Made by a program: the position numbers and the translations under genes. A stretch of DNA of 32,000 nt from Candidatus Kuenenia stuttgartensis (GTDB lineage: Bacteria; Planctomycetota; Brocadiia; Brocadiales; Brocadiaceae), in the NCBI RefSeq assembly GCF_900232105.1, contig NZ_LT934425.1, forward strand, positions 1,590,001 to 1,622,000, given 5' to 3'. This document shows positions 1 to 9,284 of this stretch, in pieces. Each line of letters begins with the position of its first letter. The stretch's first letter is position 1. The notes beneath the pieces are model-generated. The model was not told where the DNA came from and made no database searches. It saw only the letters and a list, made by a program, of their open reading frames with translations.

Positions 1-733
1 TCATATATGTCGCCCATGAATTAGTTATAAACATAAGCCCTGTGCCAAAGAGATTAAGCATGATGCCAAGCGCAATGTGGCACCACTTCTTCGTCGAAGT
101 CCCTTTTAGGACATCCCACGAATAATAGTAACCATACAATGTGAACGCCTCGCCAAAAAACATTAGCGAATAGACATACATTGTTGGAGCAAACACACTG
201 GTCAAATGGCTCATAAATTCAGGGTATAAACCGAACAAACAAAAGGCCAGCAGCCCCCCTAGCGAGGCTGTTGTTGCAAATGCAGCAGACAACAACTTGG
301 TAAACTCCTTCGCCATCTTATCATATTTTATATCGCCGCTTTTAAATCCAACGATCTCGACAATAACCGCAAATATTGGCACACCAAGTACAAATGCTGC
401 GAACATCAGATGCAGCTCAGACACGATCCATACAACCACACGCGAATCCAGTCCAAAGAATGACCGGTATTGAACCGGCTCCAACTCACCCTCTTCTTCG
501 GCTGGCGCCGCGCCTTCTACCACACCTTCAGCAGTACCCTCCGCAGATTGCGGCGCTCCGGAATCCGTCTCGCCCTCAAACGCAGGCAATTCAACACCGA
601 TGTCTTCAGCATGCGCAACAGAGAGCAGCGAGATATCCTGCCGGAAAAAAGAAAGAGCCGCACCGAATGCAATAACCAACAAAAGTACAAAAATGCTTTT
701 TTGCTTTATCGACAATAACTTATAATTATTCAT
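1..733 (-). CDS. Cytochrome bd ubiquinol oxidase subunit I-like membrane protein, 3' end outside the window
   Basis: Manual reverse-complement translation is open from ATG at 733 to the window edge: MNNYKLLSIKQKSIFVLLLVIAFGAALSFF...VVWIVSELHLMFAAFVLGVPIFAVIVEIVG...GIMLNLFGTGLMFITNSWATYM; multiple TM segments and the NSW motif typical of CydA-like proteins. Confidence 0.6.
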   Translation of the reverse strand, partial: MNNYKLLSIKQKSIFVLLLVIAFGAALSFFRQDISLLSVAHAEDIGVELPAFEGETDSGAPQSAEGTAEGVVEGAAPAEEEGELEPVQYRSFFGLDSRVVVWIVSELHLMFAAFVLGVPIFAVIVEIVGFKSGDIKYDKMAKEFTKLLSAAFATTASLGGLLAFCLFGLYPEFMSHLTSVFAPTMYVYSLMFFGEAFTLYGYYYSWDVLKGTSTKKWCHIALGIMLNLFGTGLMFITNSWATYM

Positions 734-790
734 TAATGGTACGCCTTTTCACAAGTAAGTTACACAAACCATAAAAACCCATCATCACAC

Positions 791-1549
791 TTATTTTTTC
801 TGATACACAAAATCTACGACCACTTCCCCACCGGCCGTTACGACAGCCTCACTCTTTCTCTTACCCAGCTTCTCTTGCCATACTGATATCTCATACGTAC
901 CGGCAGGAACATTGTCTATCCTGAATTTACCATCAGCATCCGTAACCGCAAAGTAAGGATTCCCCTTCACCAAAAGGTACGAACTCATCCACTTATGAAC
1001 ATCACACGTTATTTTCACTATTTCAGGAACATCAAACTTCTTTACCATTTTGCCATTACCGGAAACACCTTCATTAAAAGCAGGGTTTCTAATCGACCAT
1101 GAGTGCAGATTATGCATAATGGGGTCACTGTTCAGCAAATTCACTTCGGTACCCGCACACACCGCAACAACGTGTGGTTCAAATACGCAGCCTTTCTGGT
1201 CCAAGGAAACAGGAGTCGTATCCAATGCCTTTCCAACCTCAATACTGTCCAAAGACACAACCGCATTCTTGATGCCCATATTGCCCGAATTAATCACCAG
1301 ATCTTCTGACGCCTTCAACCCATGACCACATGTCTGCTCATCTTTATCAATCTTCAACATCTTTGCGGCAGGCACACCACCCTCAAGCTTTACCGTACCT
1401 GCAATTGTCCCGCCGTTTTTCACTTCAATCACATTATAAACAGGCGCTTTCCCCTTTGCCATTACCGTTTGATTAACGCTCACCAAACTTAGCACAATAC
1501 CACTTACCAAGATAACAATGTTTAAGCTTTTCATCACTCCACCCTCCAT
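791..1549 (-). CDS. Secreted cupredoxin (plastocyanin-like) with C-terminal carboxypeptidase regulatory-like domain
   Basis: Signal peptide; 'MHNLHSW...CDVHKWMSSY' looks like type-1 copper ligands; C-terminal 'YFAVTDADGKFRIDNVPAGTYEISVWQE' matches a CarboxypepD_reg-like fold. Likely true start is the Met of MKSLNIV. Confidence 0.8.
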   Translation of the reverse strand: MEGGVMKSLNIVILVSGIVLSLVSVNQTVMAKGKAPVYNVIEVKNGGTIAGTVKLEGGVPAAKMLKIDKDEQTCGHGLKASEDLVINSGNMGIKNAVVSLDSIEVGKALDTTPVSLDQKGCVFEPHVVAVCAGTEVNLLNSDPIMHNLHSWSIRNPAFNEGVSGNGKMVKKFDVPEIVKITCDVHKWMSSYLLVKGNPYFAVTDADGKFRIDNVPAGTYEISVWQEKLGKRKSEAVVTAGGEVVVDFVYQKK

Positions 1550-1936
1550 ACTTCCAAATATCCAAAATTAACAACAGAAACCATCTGTTAAATGCACAAC
1601 AAAATACGAATCATATCAAAACGGTCGGATATGATACTTTTGCAAAATTAAATTGTCAACCAGAAACTTACAGACAAACCGGTAAAAATTCTCCGACACG
1701 TGAAATTTCAGCAATAGCCAAAACACACGTACAATATGCGTGCCTTTTTCAAAAAAAATATAAAAAAATAAAATAAATTGTGTAACTAATGAATCTTCAA
1801 TTTCTTAGTTTCTCGAAAGGGGAAGGGTAGTCTATCACGACTCAAAAAAATGAGTTTCACAAATGAAATGACCGTTTCGCTTTTACAATGCAAGCCTTTC
1901 AGCGTAACGATGAAAAAATTTTTGTACTTTTTATTA

Positions 1937-3010
1937 TTAGTTTAACGTTCTTTTCAAAATTTCAATGTCTCTCGGTTTTATTGTTTTCCCGGACTCCACA
2001 ATAATATCAGGCTCCATTTTGAAACGCCTTACCCACGTAGTTTCCAATGGAGGCTTCCAATATAATTTATATTCGCCAGGCATAACATTCATAAAATGAT
2101 AATAACCCTCATCATTCGTTACCATTTCAAGTTCCAAGGCACCATCTACCAGACGATAATCCCTCGACAACAGACCACCTTTCTCAAGTCTGCGCAGTTG
2201 CACCTGGCAATCTTTTATGGGTTTTCCGCTTTTTAATATCCTTCCTTCTACGCTGCCAAGACTAGCGTCTTGCAAGACCGTTGCCTCTTCTGCTACTTCC
2301 CCATCAGTATCAACCGCCTCCTCAGGCAACAATTTATCTGCTTCAACTCCGCTTGCGCCAGATGTTTTTTCCTCCCATATCCGGGTTGCCCCGTCGTCCG
2401 CGTTCGTTCCGAAATCAACAAATTCATTTTTATCGAAGGCATCTTCTTCCTCAAAAACTTTTTTTGTTTTGAAACGATAATATTTCTTTGCATTTGATTT
2501 ACCAACGATGCCTGTCCTTAATTCATCTGTCAATTCTTCTTCTCTATTATCTGTCAAGTTTTGTATTTGAGATTCAAGAGATTCGCTCTGCCGCTCTTTT
2601 TTGCTATCCATGCGTTTCCCCGTTTCCGCCACATGCGATTTGTACATTTTTTTAGCCGGAAACGTTTCCTCAACTCCATTCTCCTGAAATGACATCTGCA
2701 GAGAAGATACCGCAAGCGTAGGAATCATTACGATTATTTCGTCTTTTTTTATTTCTTTCACCTTACATTTTAAAGATATTTCCTCTGTATTCAGATGAAT
2801 CACGTCCGGGAAAGTATCCCTTTGTAAAAACAACATATCTAAAGACTTCATGTCTTTTTTTGGTATTTCTATACTCACATACTCATCCGTGACCCCCAGT
2901 ATCCTGAAATCAATCTTTTTATCGATATCTTTCAACACGATTATATCTCCACGGACAACGGTAAAAAATTGCATGCCCAAAAACAAAACTGTTACGTATA
3001 ATTTAACCAT
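1937..3010 (-). CDS. Exported protein with C-terminal carboxypeptidase regulatory-like (prealbumin-like) domain
   Basis: 357 aa, N-terminal hydrophobic signal; C-terminal 'EGRILKSGKPIKDCQVQLRRL...NDEGYYHFMNVMPGEYKLYWKPP'. Confidence 0.65.
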   Translation of the reverse strand: MVKLYVTVLFLGMQFFTVVRGDIIVLKDIDKKIDFRILGVTDEYVSIEIPKKDMKSLDMLFLQRDTFPDVIHLNTEEISLKCKVKEIKKDEIIVMIPTLAVSSLQMSFQENGVEETFPAKKMYKSHVAETGKRMDSKKERQSESLESQIQNLTDNREEELTDELRTGIVGKSNAKKYYRFKTKKVFEEEDAFDKNEFVDFGTNADDGATRIWEEKTSGASGVEADKLLPEEAVDTDGEVAEEATVLQDASLGSVEGRILKSGKPIKDCQVQLRRLEKGGLLSRDYRLVDGALELEMVTNDEGYYHFMNVMPGEYKLYWKPPLETTWVRRFKMEPDIIVESGKTIKPRDIEILKRTLN

Positions 3011-3372
3011 TTAATTCATTTTCTCGCTGCAATGCATTCCTTATAAATCAGTTTCACTTTTCTCAAATTCGCATCCTTCCCGTAATCACTCTATTGTCAA
3101 TTGCCAAAAAGATTTATTTAATCATTCGCATTAGTTTATCATTCATTAATTGCATATCAAATAAAAAAGAGGGATATATACATTTCGCAAACTGCCGCAA
3201 GGGCAATGCATGTAGGGGCATAAAAAGGCAGAAATCCAAATACTTGCATCGCTAACGGCCTTCCGGCCTGCGAAAAAATCCCGAAATACTTCCCTCCTTC
3301 GGATAGATGAAAGTACTGTACCAAATTTCACACACACCATGAACCTTTATACATGCACAGTTTATTCAACAA

Positions 3373-3409
3373 AAAAGGGACATCACACCTTCATCGTGAT
3401 GTCCCTTTT
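3373..3409. terminator. Rho-independent, potentially bidirectional terminator
   Basis: Perfect 14-bp stem aaaagggacatcac / gtgatgtccctttt with 9-nt loop, 31 bp beyond the 3440 stop codon. Confidence 0.85.
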
Positions 3410-3439
3410 CCAAACATTTCTAAAAAATTAAGCATCTTT

Positions 3440-4321
3440 TTATTTTTTTCTTACCTTCACTACCAGTTTTGCCTTGCCTTTTTTGCCTTTTATTCCATCG
3501 GCCTTAAATGTTACTTTTGCGTTGCCATTCTTCTCCTTGGCAGTAATGGTGAACCTCGCCTCCCCATTTTCATTCGTTTCCACACTTTCAGGAGATATTT
3601 CTACGCGTTTCTTACCCGCCTTACTTAATGATGCAGTAACTTTCACACCTTCTGCCACACAATCACTATCCCCCGTTACCCTGACTGCCACTTCATCATT
3701 TTCCCCAAACAACAGCTTTATTTTTGAATTAGGGACATCTATACTTTTTGCCGCACACGAACCTGGCACTGCATCTTCAGCAACCATTGAGGCCGTTGTC
3801 GTATAAATATAATCACCCTTATTGGTTCCGTTGCCATTTGCCTCATTCCCTGCACCGTAAATTGTAACAGGGTCATCGGCAGGACTAGAAGGCGCCATCC
3901 ACACTACCGTCCAGCTTGAACCATCAGTTCCTCTTTCTGTGTGTGAAATATAATCACCTTCTCCGGTTTGCGTCTTATTATCAACATTGTTAAAAAGCCC
4001 GACGTGCTCATTTTTTGCATCCAAAGCAGAAAGCTGAAAACCATGTTTTGCACTGCTGGAATCACTAAATAATACGGTAATACTTACTTCTTCTCCAGGT
4101 GTATATGTGTCTGGCGCAGAAATGGAAAACACCGCACTGCCGGAATTTAATACAAAAGAATCATGACACCCTGCTGTCGCACAGGTAGCAAAATTATCTG
4201 CAGGAGATCCTGTGCGTCCATCTTCAGGCCCCTTAAGAAATGCATGCGCGACATTCATGCCGACGCTCATCATCGATAAAGAAAAAATGACACTTGCTGC
4301 AAACGTAAAAAGGCCTTTCAT
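3440..4321 (-). CDS. Choice-of-anchor V / Reeler-like domain protein with possible c-type heme site
   Basis: 293 aa with signal peptide; 'GPEDGRTGSPADNFATCATAGCHDSF...SSSAKHGFQLSALDAKNEHVG' resembles choice-of-anchor V domains; C-terminal Ig-like segment. Confidence 0.65.
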   Translation of the reverse strand: MKGLFTFAASVIFSLSMMSVGMNVAHAFLKGPEDGRTGSPADNFATCATAGCHDSFVLNSGSAVFSISAPDTYTPGEEVSITVLFSDSSSAKHGFQLSALDAKNEHVGLFNNVDNKTQTGEGDYISHTERGTDGSSWTVVWMAPSSPADDPVTIYGAGNEANGNGTNKGDYIYTTTASMVAEDAVPGSCAAKSIDVPNSKIKLLFGENDEVAVRVTGDSDCVAEGVKVTASLSKAGKKRVEISPESVETNENGEARFTITAKEKNGNAKVTFKADGIKGKKGKAKLVVKVRKK

Positions 4322-4492
4322 AAAAAGCCCCCTTTCTTTAAAAAAGTTTCGCTATAATCGTCCTGCATATTTGCCACGCCTGTAATCAAATCGCGCATAT
4401 TATATTACGCACAACATTTCATGTCAATATAGGTGCTGGAGGGGTTATGCAAGGCGATTACTAAATCTTAAACATGTCTTGCAAACTGGGGG

Positions 4493-4741
4493 TTACGCGA
4501 CAAAGTCAATGCTATGTTTTAAATTATGGATTGCGTCACCATCTTTAAATTTGAATTTAACCATATGCGGCAAATCCTTTTCCTCTTTGTCGCTAATATT
4601 AGATTTGTCAGACTGGCTTGATGACTGTACTTGCGCCATCTTCCGGGCGGCTTCTTTTTTGGGATTATAGTGTGGTACAAGAGCCGCTGCATTCGCAACA
4701 ACGTTTGTATTATCCCCTATCCTCGCCAATGCGTTTAACAT
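4493..4741 (-). CDS. Hypothetical protein, 82 aa
   Basis: Open reading frame only; no recognised motif. Confidence 0.4.
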   Translation of the reverse strand: MLNALARIGDNTNVVANAAALVPHYNPKKEAARKMAQVQSSSQSDKSNISDKEEKDLPHMVKFKFKDGDAIHNLKHSIDFVA

Positions 4742-5052
4742 AACTTGCCCTTTATGTTAAAATGTTAATGATTATAAACTGTAATCAGATGAATAAAATT
4801 CTCCGCTACACATCGAATCCTATCATTTTCCATATAAAGCGCAAGTTTTTTTTGAATTTTATTTCTTTGTTTAGCCCGAAATTCTCACATTTACTTATAA
4901 ACCTTCCATGAAAATAAGATATCGTTCCCCTTCTTTCTTTTTAAAACCCACCGGATTATTTATCCATTTCCCCTTGCGTGCAAACGTGCGGGGAATATCT
5001 TCTGTTTAAACAATAGATATGCACTTTCATAAATCCAGCGTCCGAAGGGCTT

Positions 5053-5766
5053 TCATGTACTGCCGCCTGTTGCCTTGCCTATTCTATGGTCTAAATCAAT
5101 AAGCCTTACGTTGCAATTGCCGCAAGAATGATATTTTGCGTCTTTTGCCATGAAACAAAGTTCTTTGACGATTTTAGGATTGCCGCCTGAAAACTTATAG
5201 ATGTCTTTTCTGAAATCGTCCGTGTGGTTCACCTTAATATTGAATTCTTTAACAAAATAATCTACCAGTTTATCCGTGGCGGGTTTTTCAAGATTCGTTA
5301 TTTCCACCTTTATAAAATCAAATAAAATCATGCGTAAATGGTCGATATCTTTTTTCCTTATTCCACGGCTTATCATTATGAGAGGAATTTTTTTATCCAT
5401 TAAATACAGGAAGAAATAATAGAGTCTCGGCGTAACTAATTCTACATGGTCAAAAATGATATATGCGGGTTTTTCCCTGTCAAGCATGCTAAAGAATGCT
5501 TTTCTCAACATTGCAATATTCTTGTTCTGAACATCTTTAGTCTCTTTACCATGAAAGAGAATAGGATTTATTAATGATTCCCTTAATGTCTTGCTGCTGT
5601 GAGAATAAAGTAACTTTTCTGCCTTCCTCCGGCTTACTGTTTCATGAATAATGGCGCTTTTACCCGTTCCTTCCTCACCGTAAATAATGATATTCTTCCT
5701 GCCGTTCATTAAGCCGGTTATAAATTGGCACTCTTTTTCTCTTCCAAACAACACATCTTTTTCCAC
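5053..5766 (-). CDS. AAA-type ATPase (Orc1/Cdc6-like or AAA_16-like)
   Basis: 237 aa; Walker A 'YGEEGTGKSA', Walker B-like 'KPAYIIFDHVE', C-terminal CxxC segment 'CHSCGNC'. Confidence 0.65.
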   Translation of the reverse strand: MEKDVLFGREKECQFITGLMNGRKNIIIYGEEGTGKSAIIHETVSRRKAEKLLYSHSSKTLRESLINPILFHGKETKDVQNKNIAMLRKAFFSMLDREKPAYIIFDHVELVTPRLYYFFLYLMDKKIPLIMISRGIRKKDIDHLRMILFDFIKVEITNLEKPATDKLVDYFVKEFNIKVNHTDDFRKDIYKFSGGNPKIVKELCFMAKDAKYHSCGNCNVRLIDLDHRIGKATGGST

Positions 5767-5964
5767 TTATGCACCGTTTCTGCTCACTATTTTTTCCAAC
5801 TCATCGCATAAAGGACAGTACTTCATATTTTCTGCCAGCAAAGCATTAATATCATATCCTTACTTCTTAAATATATTAACCAGAAGAAGGACGCCGATAA
5901 TTCGCGAATATACCTCGTTTGCTCTATCCATTTATTTTGACTCTTAATTATTCAACTCGCTTTT

Positions 5965-6351
5965 TCACTGTGATTTAGTAATGTACCTGTATGTCAAGTC
6001 CCTTGCCGTTCTCCCAACAATTCCCACTTCCAAATCAGATCGATTTACAATAAACTCTACAGACGTGGGAATTCCTATTTCCCAGAGAGTATTGAGTATT
6101 GCAATCTTTAAAAAGGTACTGTCCGTTTTTTTAAAGAGTGTAATAAGAGGTTTCACCGCTTTTTCACTTTTCAGCCTGCCTACGATATATACTGCCCGCA
6201 GAACTGTTTCCGGTTCTGTATGCCTTAGCGCATTTATCAATTTTTTCTCATAATCCATGCCTTCATATTTCAATATATCCGCATTACAGAAAGGACATGT
6301 TTCCTCAACCGCATTTATTTCCTTCCAACATTCCGGACAATAAAATGTCAT
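5965..6351 (-). CDS. Zinc-ribbon and HEAT-repeat domain protein
   Basis: 'MTFYCPECWKEINAVEETCPFC' zinc ribbon followed by HEAT-like 'LRAVYIVGRLKSEKAVKPLITLFK'. Start moved from 6528 to ATG at 6351 because the longer ORF overlaps the FNT gene. Confidence 0.65.
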   Translation of the reverse strand: MTFYCPECWKEINAVEETCPFCNADILKYEGMDYEKKLINALRHTEPETVLRAVYIVGRLKSEKAVKPLITLFKKTDSTFLKIAILNTLWEIGIPTSVEFIVNRSDLEVGIVGRTARDLTYRYITKSQ

Positions 6352-6439
6352 GATACATCCATCCTTTGAATTAAATGAGAATCCAGAGAAATGAAACAGA
6401 AAACCGGATTGCTGCTTTCGCAGGAATAACAACTTACTT

Positions 6440-7330
6440 TTATCGCTTACTATAGCAGTTGTGAGGCCGCAGGTAAATAAACCAGAATACCACGCCCACC
6501 AAAACAACGCCGCCCACAAAGTTTCCAATGGTGACCGGAAAGAGGTTATTTATAAAAAATCCCTTCCATGTAAGTTGTGAAATATCTAATGTTTTACCTG
6601 CCATCTCTTCTGCAGCAGCAACGACAGCCTGGTTTTTCCGCAATACCAAACCCATCGGGATAAAATACATGTTCGCAACACAATGTTCAAACCCGCTGGC
6701 AACAAAACCGCCGATAGGAAACAGAACCGAAAGCACCTTATCTGCCATGCTTCTACCACTATAACATAACCAAACATTAAGGCATACCAAGGCATTGCAA
6801 AGCACACCTCTTGCCAGGGCTGCCTCAAAAGAGAGGGTAGTCTTTTTGTGGGCAATAAGCAACGCCTTTGCGCCCGTCATAAAATGAAAAAATTCCCATT
6901 GATGAGCCAGATACATCCAGAAGACCATCAGGATCCCGCCTATAAAGTTACCCACATACACAATAATCCATATCCTGAGCAAGTCCCGGGTTGTAATACG
7001 TTTGCTAAGATAGCCCATAACGTTGAGATTGTTACCGGTAAAGAGTTCGGCCCCGGCGGTTTCAACCAGTATGAGTCCGAGTGAAAACACTATACCCATA
7101 ATAAGAGAGGTAATGCCTAAATGGAGAGCAGAATCACTCGTTACAAAAGTAGCAAACTGTGCGCCCATGGCAACAAATATCCCGGCCATGATACTCAATA
7201 TAAAGGTCTGCATAACACGCAATCCTGCCCTTGCGACAGCCTTGTTTTCAACAATGGCAGCGGTTTGCACAGGCGAATGCGCGGCACCGGCATGTGCTGC
7301 CCGGCGGAATTCTGACATATCGTTTCCCAT
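6440..7330 (-). CDS. Formate/nitrite transporter (FNT) family protein
   Basis: 296 aa; FNT features 'GRSMADKVLSVLFPIGGFVASGFEHCVANMYFIPMGLV' and 'GNFVGGVVLVGVVFWFIY'. Confidence 0.9.
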   Translation of the reverse strand: MGNDMSEFRRAAHAGAAHSPVQTAAIVENKAVARAGLRVMQTFILSIMAGIFVAMGAQFATFVTSDSALHLGITSLIMGIVFSLGLILVETAGAELFTGNNLNVMGYLSKRITTRDLLRIWIIVYVGNFIGGILMVFWMYLAHQWEFFHFMTGAKALLIAHKKTTLSFEAALARGVLCNALVCLNVWLCYSGRSMADKVLSVLFPIGGFVASGFEHCVANMYFIPMGLVLRKNQAVVAAAEEMAGKTLDISQLTWKGFFINNLFPVTIGNFVGGVVLVGVVFWFIYLRPHNCYSKR

Positions 7331-7335
7331 TAACC

Positions 7336-8247
7336 CTAAACCTCCTTTCCCTTCTCAGGAAAGCGTAAATATACAAACCAGTACGCACCTGCAACTAACA
7401 CAACACCACCGATTACATTTCCGAGAACGACAGGACACAAATTATCGAATAAAAATCCTTTAAAAAAGGTGAGATTGGAAAGGTCTAGTCTCCCACCATG
7501 TACCTTTTCTGCAACGGTCAGCACCATTCGGTTGTCTTTCAGAATAATCCCCATGGGGATAAGCCACATATTGACAGCACCGTGCTCAAACCCACATGCC
7601 ATGATACAGGAAACAGGCCACAGCAATGACAGTATTTTATCAATATTGCTTTTACTGCAGTAACACAGCCAAACACCCAGACATATCAGTGCATTGCCCA
7701 TCATTCCGCGCGCCAGGAGTACACCAAACGAGGTGTTTACTTTCTCGTTAGCCATGAGAATAATTTTTGCGCCCAGCAGGTAATTGCTCATCATCCACTG
7801 CTCAGATTTGTATATCCATACCACCAAGGTTAACGCTCCAATAAGATTACCAATAAACGCTATGATTACATTCCTCGTAAATGCCCTGCCGGTAATTTTC
7901 CCGGATAGAAAAGACATTGCGACAAGAGGGTTTCCCATAAAAAGTTCTGCGCCGGTGATTACTATTAAAACCATCGACAGAGTAAAAGCCACACCCCCGA
8001 CAAGTTGGTTTAAACCATAGCTAGAGGTTGCGGTATGGGTTACTAACACGGATAGTTGCATACCAAGCGCAATAAAGACCCCCGCAAGTATACCGAGACC
8101 AAGCAGGGTTAAAGCGTCAAGATTCGTCCTTGCACGACCTACCAGCCCAGCTTTCTTAGCCGTTTCAAACGGCTCACAGGCATCGGCCCCAGTAACCAGT
8201 TTGTTACACTTCTGATTGCTTATATCAGTACCTTTTGTTTCTGACAT
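7336..8247 (-). CDS. Formate/nitrite transporter (FNT) family protein, tandem paralog
   Basis: 303 aa; 'VSCIMACGFEHGAVNMWLIPMGIIL', 'GNVIGGVVLVAGAYWFVYLRFPEK'; SD AAGGAG upstream of ATG. Confidence 0.9.
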   Translation of the reverse strand: MSETKGTDISNQKCNKLVTGADACEPFETAKKAGLVGRARTNLDALTLLGLGILAGVFIALGMQLSVLVTHTATSSYGLNQLVGGVAFTLSMVLIVITGAELFMGNPLVAMSFLSGKITGRAFTRNVIIAFIGNLIGALTLVVWIYKSEQWMMSNYLLGAKIILMANEKVNTSFGVLLARGMMGNALICLGVWLCYCSKSNIDKILSLLWPVSCIMACGFEHGAVNMWLIPMGIILKDNRMVLTVAEKVHGGRLDLSNLTFFKGFLFDNLCPVVLGNVIGGVVLVAGAYWFVYLRFPEKGKEV

Positions 8248-8284
8248 AAAATCGACTCCTTATATAATGTCTTGTTGGACTTTT

Positions 8285-8470
8285 CTAGTAAAAGACGTCC
8301 AATATGAAAGCCAGTATACCGAGAACGAGTAGGATAAAAGCGAGGGTTGCCCTGGCGGTACCTACCGGTGCCGCTTCCTCAGCCGTTTCTGAAGGCACAC
8401 AGGCATCGACCTCAATAACTGGCGTGCCATACCCCCGATTGTTTATATCGCCATCTTTTATGTTTATCAT
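8285..8470 (-). pseudogene. Truncated N-terminal fragment of a third FNT paralog
   Basis: 'DACVPSETAEEAAPVGTARATLAFILLVLGILA' aligns with the intact neighbour's 'DACEPFETAKKAGLVGRARTNLDALTLLGLGILA', then terminates. Confidence 0.8.
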
Positions 8471-8655
8471 AAAATCGACTCCTTTTCTGATTTTCCGCCT
8501 GGCTTTTCTAATAAAAGACGTTCCATATCAAAAATCAAATCAATAATTCCATTAAGGTGTGGGTCGAGAACGTCTTCAAGCTCATTTGCAACGACTCCAT
8601 ACCTTTTCAACTTCCTTGCTTTGGCATCTTCAAGGATACACCAGCATGAAGACAT
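8467..8655 (-). CDS. Small hypothetical protein (62 aa from the MSSCW start), coupled by ATGA overlap to the FNT fragment
   Basis: ORF track gives 8467..8736, but the upstream extension reads into the repeat region. C-terminus 'DMERLLLEKPGGKSEKESIL' recurs as a remnant in the leader of the 7336..8247 FNT gene. Confidence 0.4.
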   Translation of the reverse strand: MSSCWCILEDAKARKLKRYGVVANELEDVLDPHLNGIIDLIFDMERLLLEKPGGKSEKESIL

Positions 8656-8701
8656 TTTCCGTAACACTTTAGCTTTTTGAAAAATTCCGAGAAAAAAGGA
8701 G

Positions 8702-8879
8702 AACCCCGAAGGGGTAATATGATTATAGAAAAACACGGTAAAACCACGCCTAATCCCGAAGGGATGACATAATCGCCATTGTCCGGTGTTTCATGAAAGA
8801 TAAAATTATATCACCCCTTCGGGGTTAATTATGGGTTTTTCGTATAATTTCTATAATCATTTCATCCCTTCGGGATTAT
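8702..8879. repeat. Nested inverted repeat built from four CCC(C/G)-GAAGGG palindromic units (REP/MITE-like)
   Basis: Outer arms 'aaccccgaaggggtaatatgattatagaaa' (8702-8731) and reverse complement of 8848-8879 'ataatcccgaagggatgaaatgattatagaaa'; inner arms at 8751-8773 and about 8807-8833. Confidence 0.8.
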
Positions 8880-8896
8880 TGGAATTTTTCAAAGAA

Positions 8897-9169
8897 CTAA
8901 AGTGTTACCATTTTCCCAAAAATCTCCTTTATCGGATCTCTCAGTTCCTTTTCAAGATCAAATCTTTCTGAAAGCGCCTTTATTCTGTTTTTTATAAGCA
9001 ATGTCCTTTTAAAAATTTCTCTTTTGACTCCTTCGTCCATGTTGCACTTCGTATCGTAAAGGATGCCATTATAGTCGTCGTTATTGAATACTTGTTCAAT
9101 ATACCGGATATTTTCCTCCATAATACGAAGGGCTATCGTAAGTCCTCTTTTTTGATCTTTATTCAGCAT
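8897..9169 (-). CDS. Hypothetical charged helical protein, 90 aa
   Basis: ORF with high helix/coil propensity; located between the dynamin-like genes and the FNT genes. Confidence 0.5.
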   Translation of the reverse strand: MLNKDQKRGLTIALRIMEENIRYIEQVFNNDDYNGILYDTKCNMDEGVKREIFKRTLLIKNRIKALSERFDLEKELRDPIKEIFGKMVTL

Positions 9170-9284
9170 GATGCATCCTCTTTATCACTTTCCTTGCCAT
9201 CCTTCTCATTACACCAGCATGGGAATCCATCAAATTAGGTATGCACGGTAACAATTCACGTGAGTGGCAAGACACGCGTTGCCA

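Noticed and set aside
376-718. Plus-strand ORFs 376..675 and 470..718
   Set aside because: Antisense to the well-supported CydA-like coding sequence; no recognisable domain.
8702-8879. CRISPR array
   Set aside because: Units alternate in orientation as nested inverted repeats with irregular spacing, not direct repeats with uniform spacers.
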